This document shows positions 63,112-64,000 of a stretch of 64,000 bases of DNA, piece after piece. Both the position numbers and the translations under genes were made by a program. Each line of letters starts with the position of its first letter. The first letter of the stretch is position 1. The notes beneath the pieces were generated by a model. That model did no database searches. It saw only the letters and a list, made by a program, of their open reading frames with translations, and was not told the DNA's origin. This DNA is from Bugula neritina (Eukaryota; Animalia; Bryozoa): assembly GCA_964035545.1 (NCBI GenBank), contig OZ037767.1, forward strand, positions 14,636,998 through 14,700,997. The letters run 5' to 3'.

Positions 63112-63336
63112 CAGGGGGGGGGGCAACTGAGGGCTTCAGGGCTACTTGTGGCCTTTTACCCATTTTTCAGTAGCGCTTTAAATAAAAACTGTCACTTTTA
63201 TTCTGATTAACACAGCATAGGTTTGGTGATAAATTACTTTATTATAATAAAATTCAATATGTGTACAATCTTATGGCCCTTTGTTTTGGCTGACTTCTAA
63301 ACTTGGCCCTCGAGTAAAAGAAGTTGCCCACCTATG
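63112..63336. mobile_element. Non-autonomous hAT-type DNA transposon (MITE)
   Basis: Imperfect TIRs CAGGGGGGGGGGCAAC / GTTGCCCACCTATG and a perfect 8-bp TSD GCTTAAAA at 63104-63111 and 63337-63344. Confidence 0.8.
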
Positions 63337-64000
63337 GCTTAAAAGCATCTGTTAGGTAGAACTATATGGAAACCTTTGACTCCAGCTTTCGTTTGGTTTC
63401 TAAGCTGAAACTATACCAACATCAATTGTTAGTTAAATTATAAGCAAAAAATAGGTTTATTTTTCATTGTTACCCCCTGTTACCTTTGAAACATTTAAAT
63501 TAGATCTTATTTGACTTTTGAGTCTAAATTTAGTACATCAACTGCCTGAAACAAGCCAAATCAATTCATGTTCTGATTACAGACAACTGATAATGCATTT
63601 ATATTACTTTCTATCAGTTGATGACATTTTCTTAAGTAGATAAAGTCACGGCTGATATAATTCTGTTTACTCTATTTCATGGTTCACAAGATATTCTAAT
63701 ATATTCTAAAAGCTTCTTCAACTTCTGCTAATCTGACAGTTTAAGTACCAGATTAGAACATAAATACGGGGCTGAATAATTTATTGGCATGGTTAGTTAT
63801 AGAAGTGTTTTGATGTACAGATTTATTAGTTTGCTAGAGCAGTTCTCTCTTAAATAGTGCGGCATGATTAATCAACAAGTTTAATACTAAAGGTAAGGTC
63901 AATAATATTTTTACTAATTTTCAAAGTTTAAAAGTTGAGCAAAACAGTTTTCAATGAAAAGAAGTTTTATATAAATTCTATAAAACTGGTGCCCCACTGG

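Overview
This is AT-rich, intron-rich eukaryotic genomic DNA from an invertebrate animal. The temptin domains suggest a lophotrochozoan (inference). Exons were chained by hand using splice signals and phase, which gives eight protein-coding genes. (1) An unidentified low-complexity protein on the minus strand, with its 3' part unresolved. (2) An ADAM10/Kuzbanian-like metalloprotease, 15 exons, ~745 aa. (3) A myosuppressin/DmsR/sex-peptide-receptor-like GPCR. (4) A TMX1-like thioredoxin transmembrane protein. (5) MOK kinase. (6) NIPP1/PPP1R8. (7) A temptin plus DBH/MOXD-type copper monooxygenase fusion. (8) The 5' part of a tandem temptin paralogue. The strongest finding is gene 7: it keeps an intact reading frame and all three CuH histidines, but all three CuM ligands are replaced (HxH->QMN, EMC->EKC). 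It therefore looks like a secreted or GPI-anchored pseudo-monooxygenase fused to a pheromone-type temptin domain, sitting next to a duplicate. Other observations: a decayed duplicate of an ADAM disintegrin exon; inverted MITEs bracketing three ADAM exons; a ~38-bp GC-rich insertion with target-site-like direct repeats at two loci; two GC-AG introns; RFX X-boxes upstream of MOK; period-3/6 tracts in four first introns; a candidate 9-nt microexon; and tRNA-derived and hAT/MITE elements. Most ORFs in the supplied track are intronic or microsatellite artefacts. No database searches were run.
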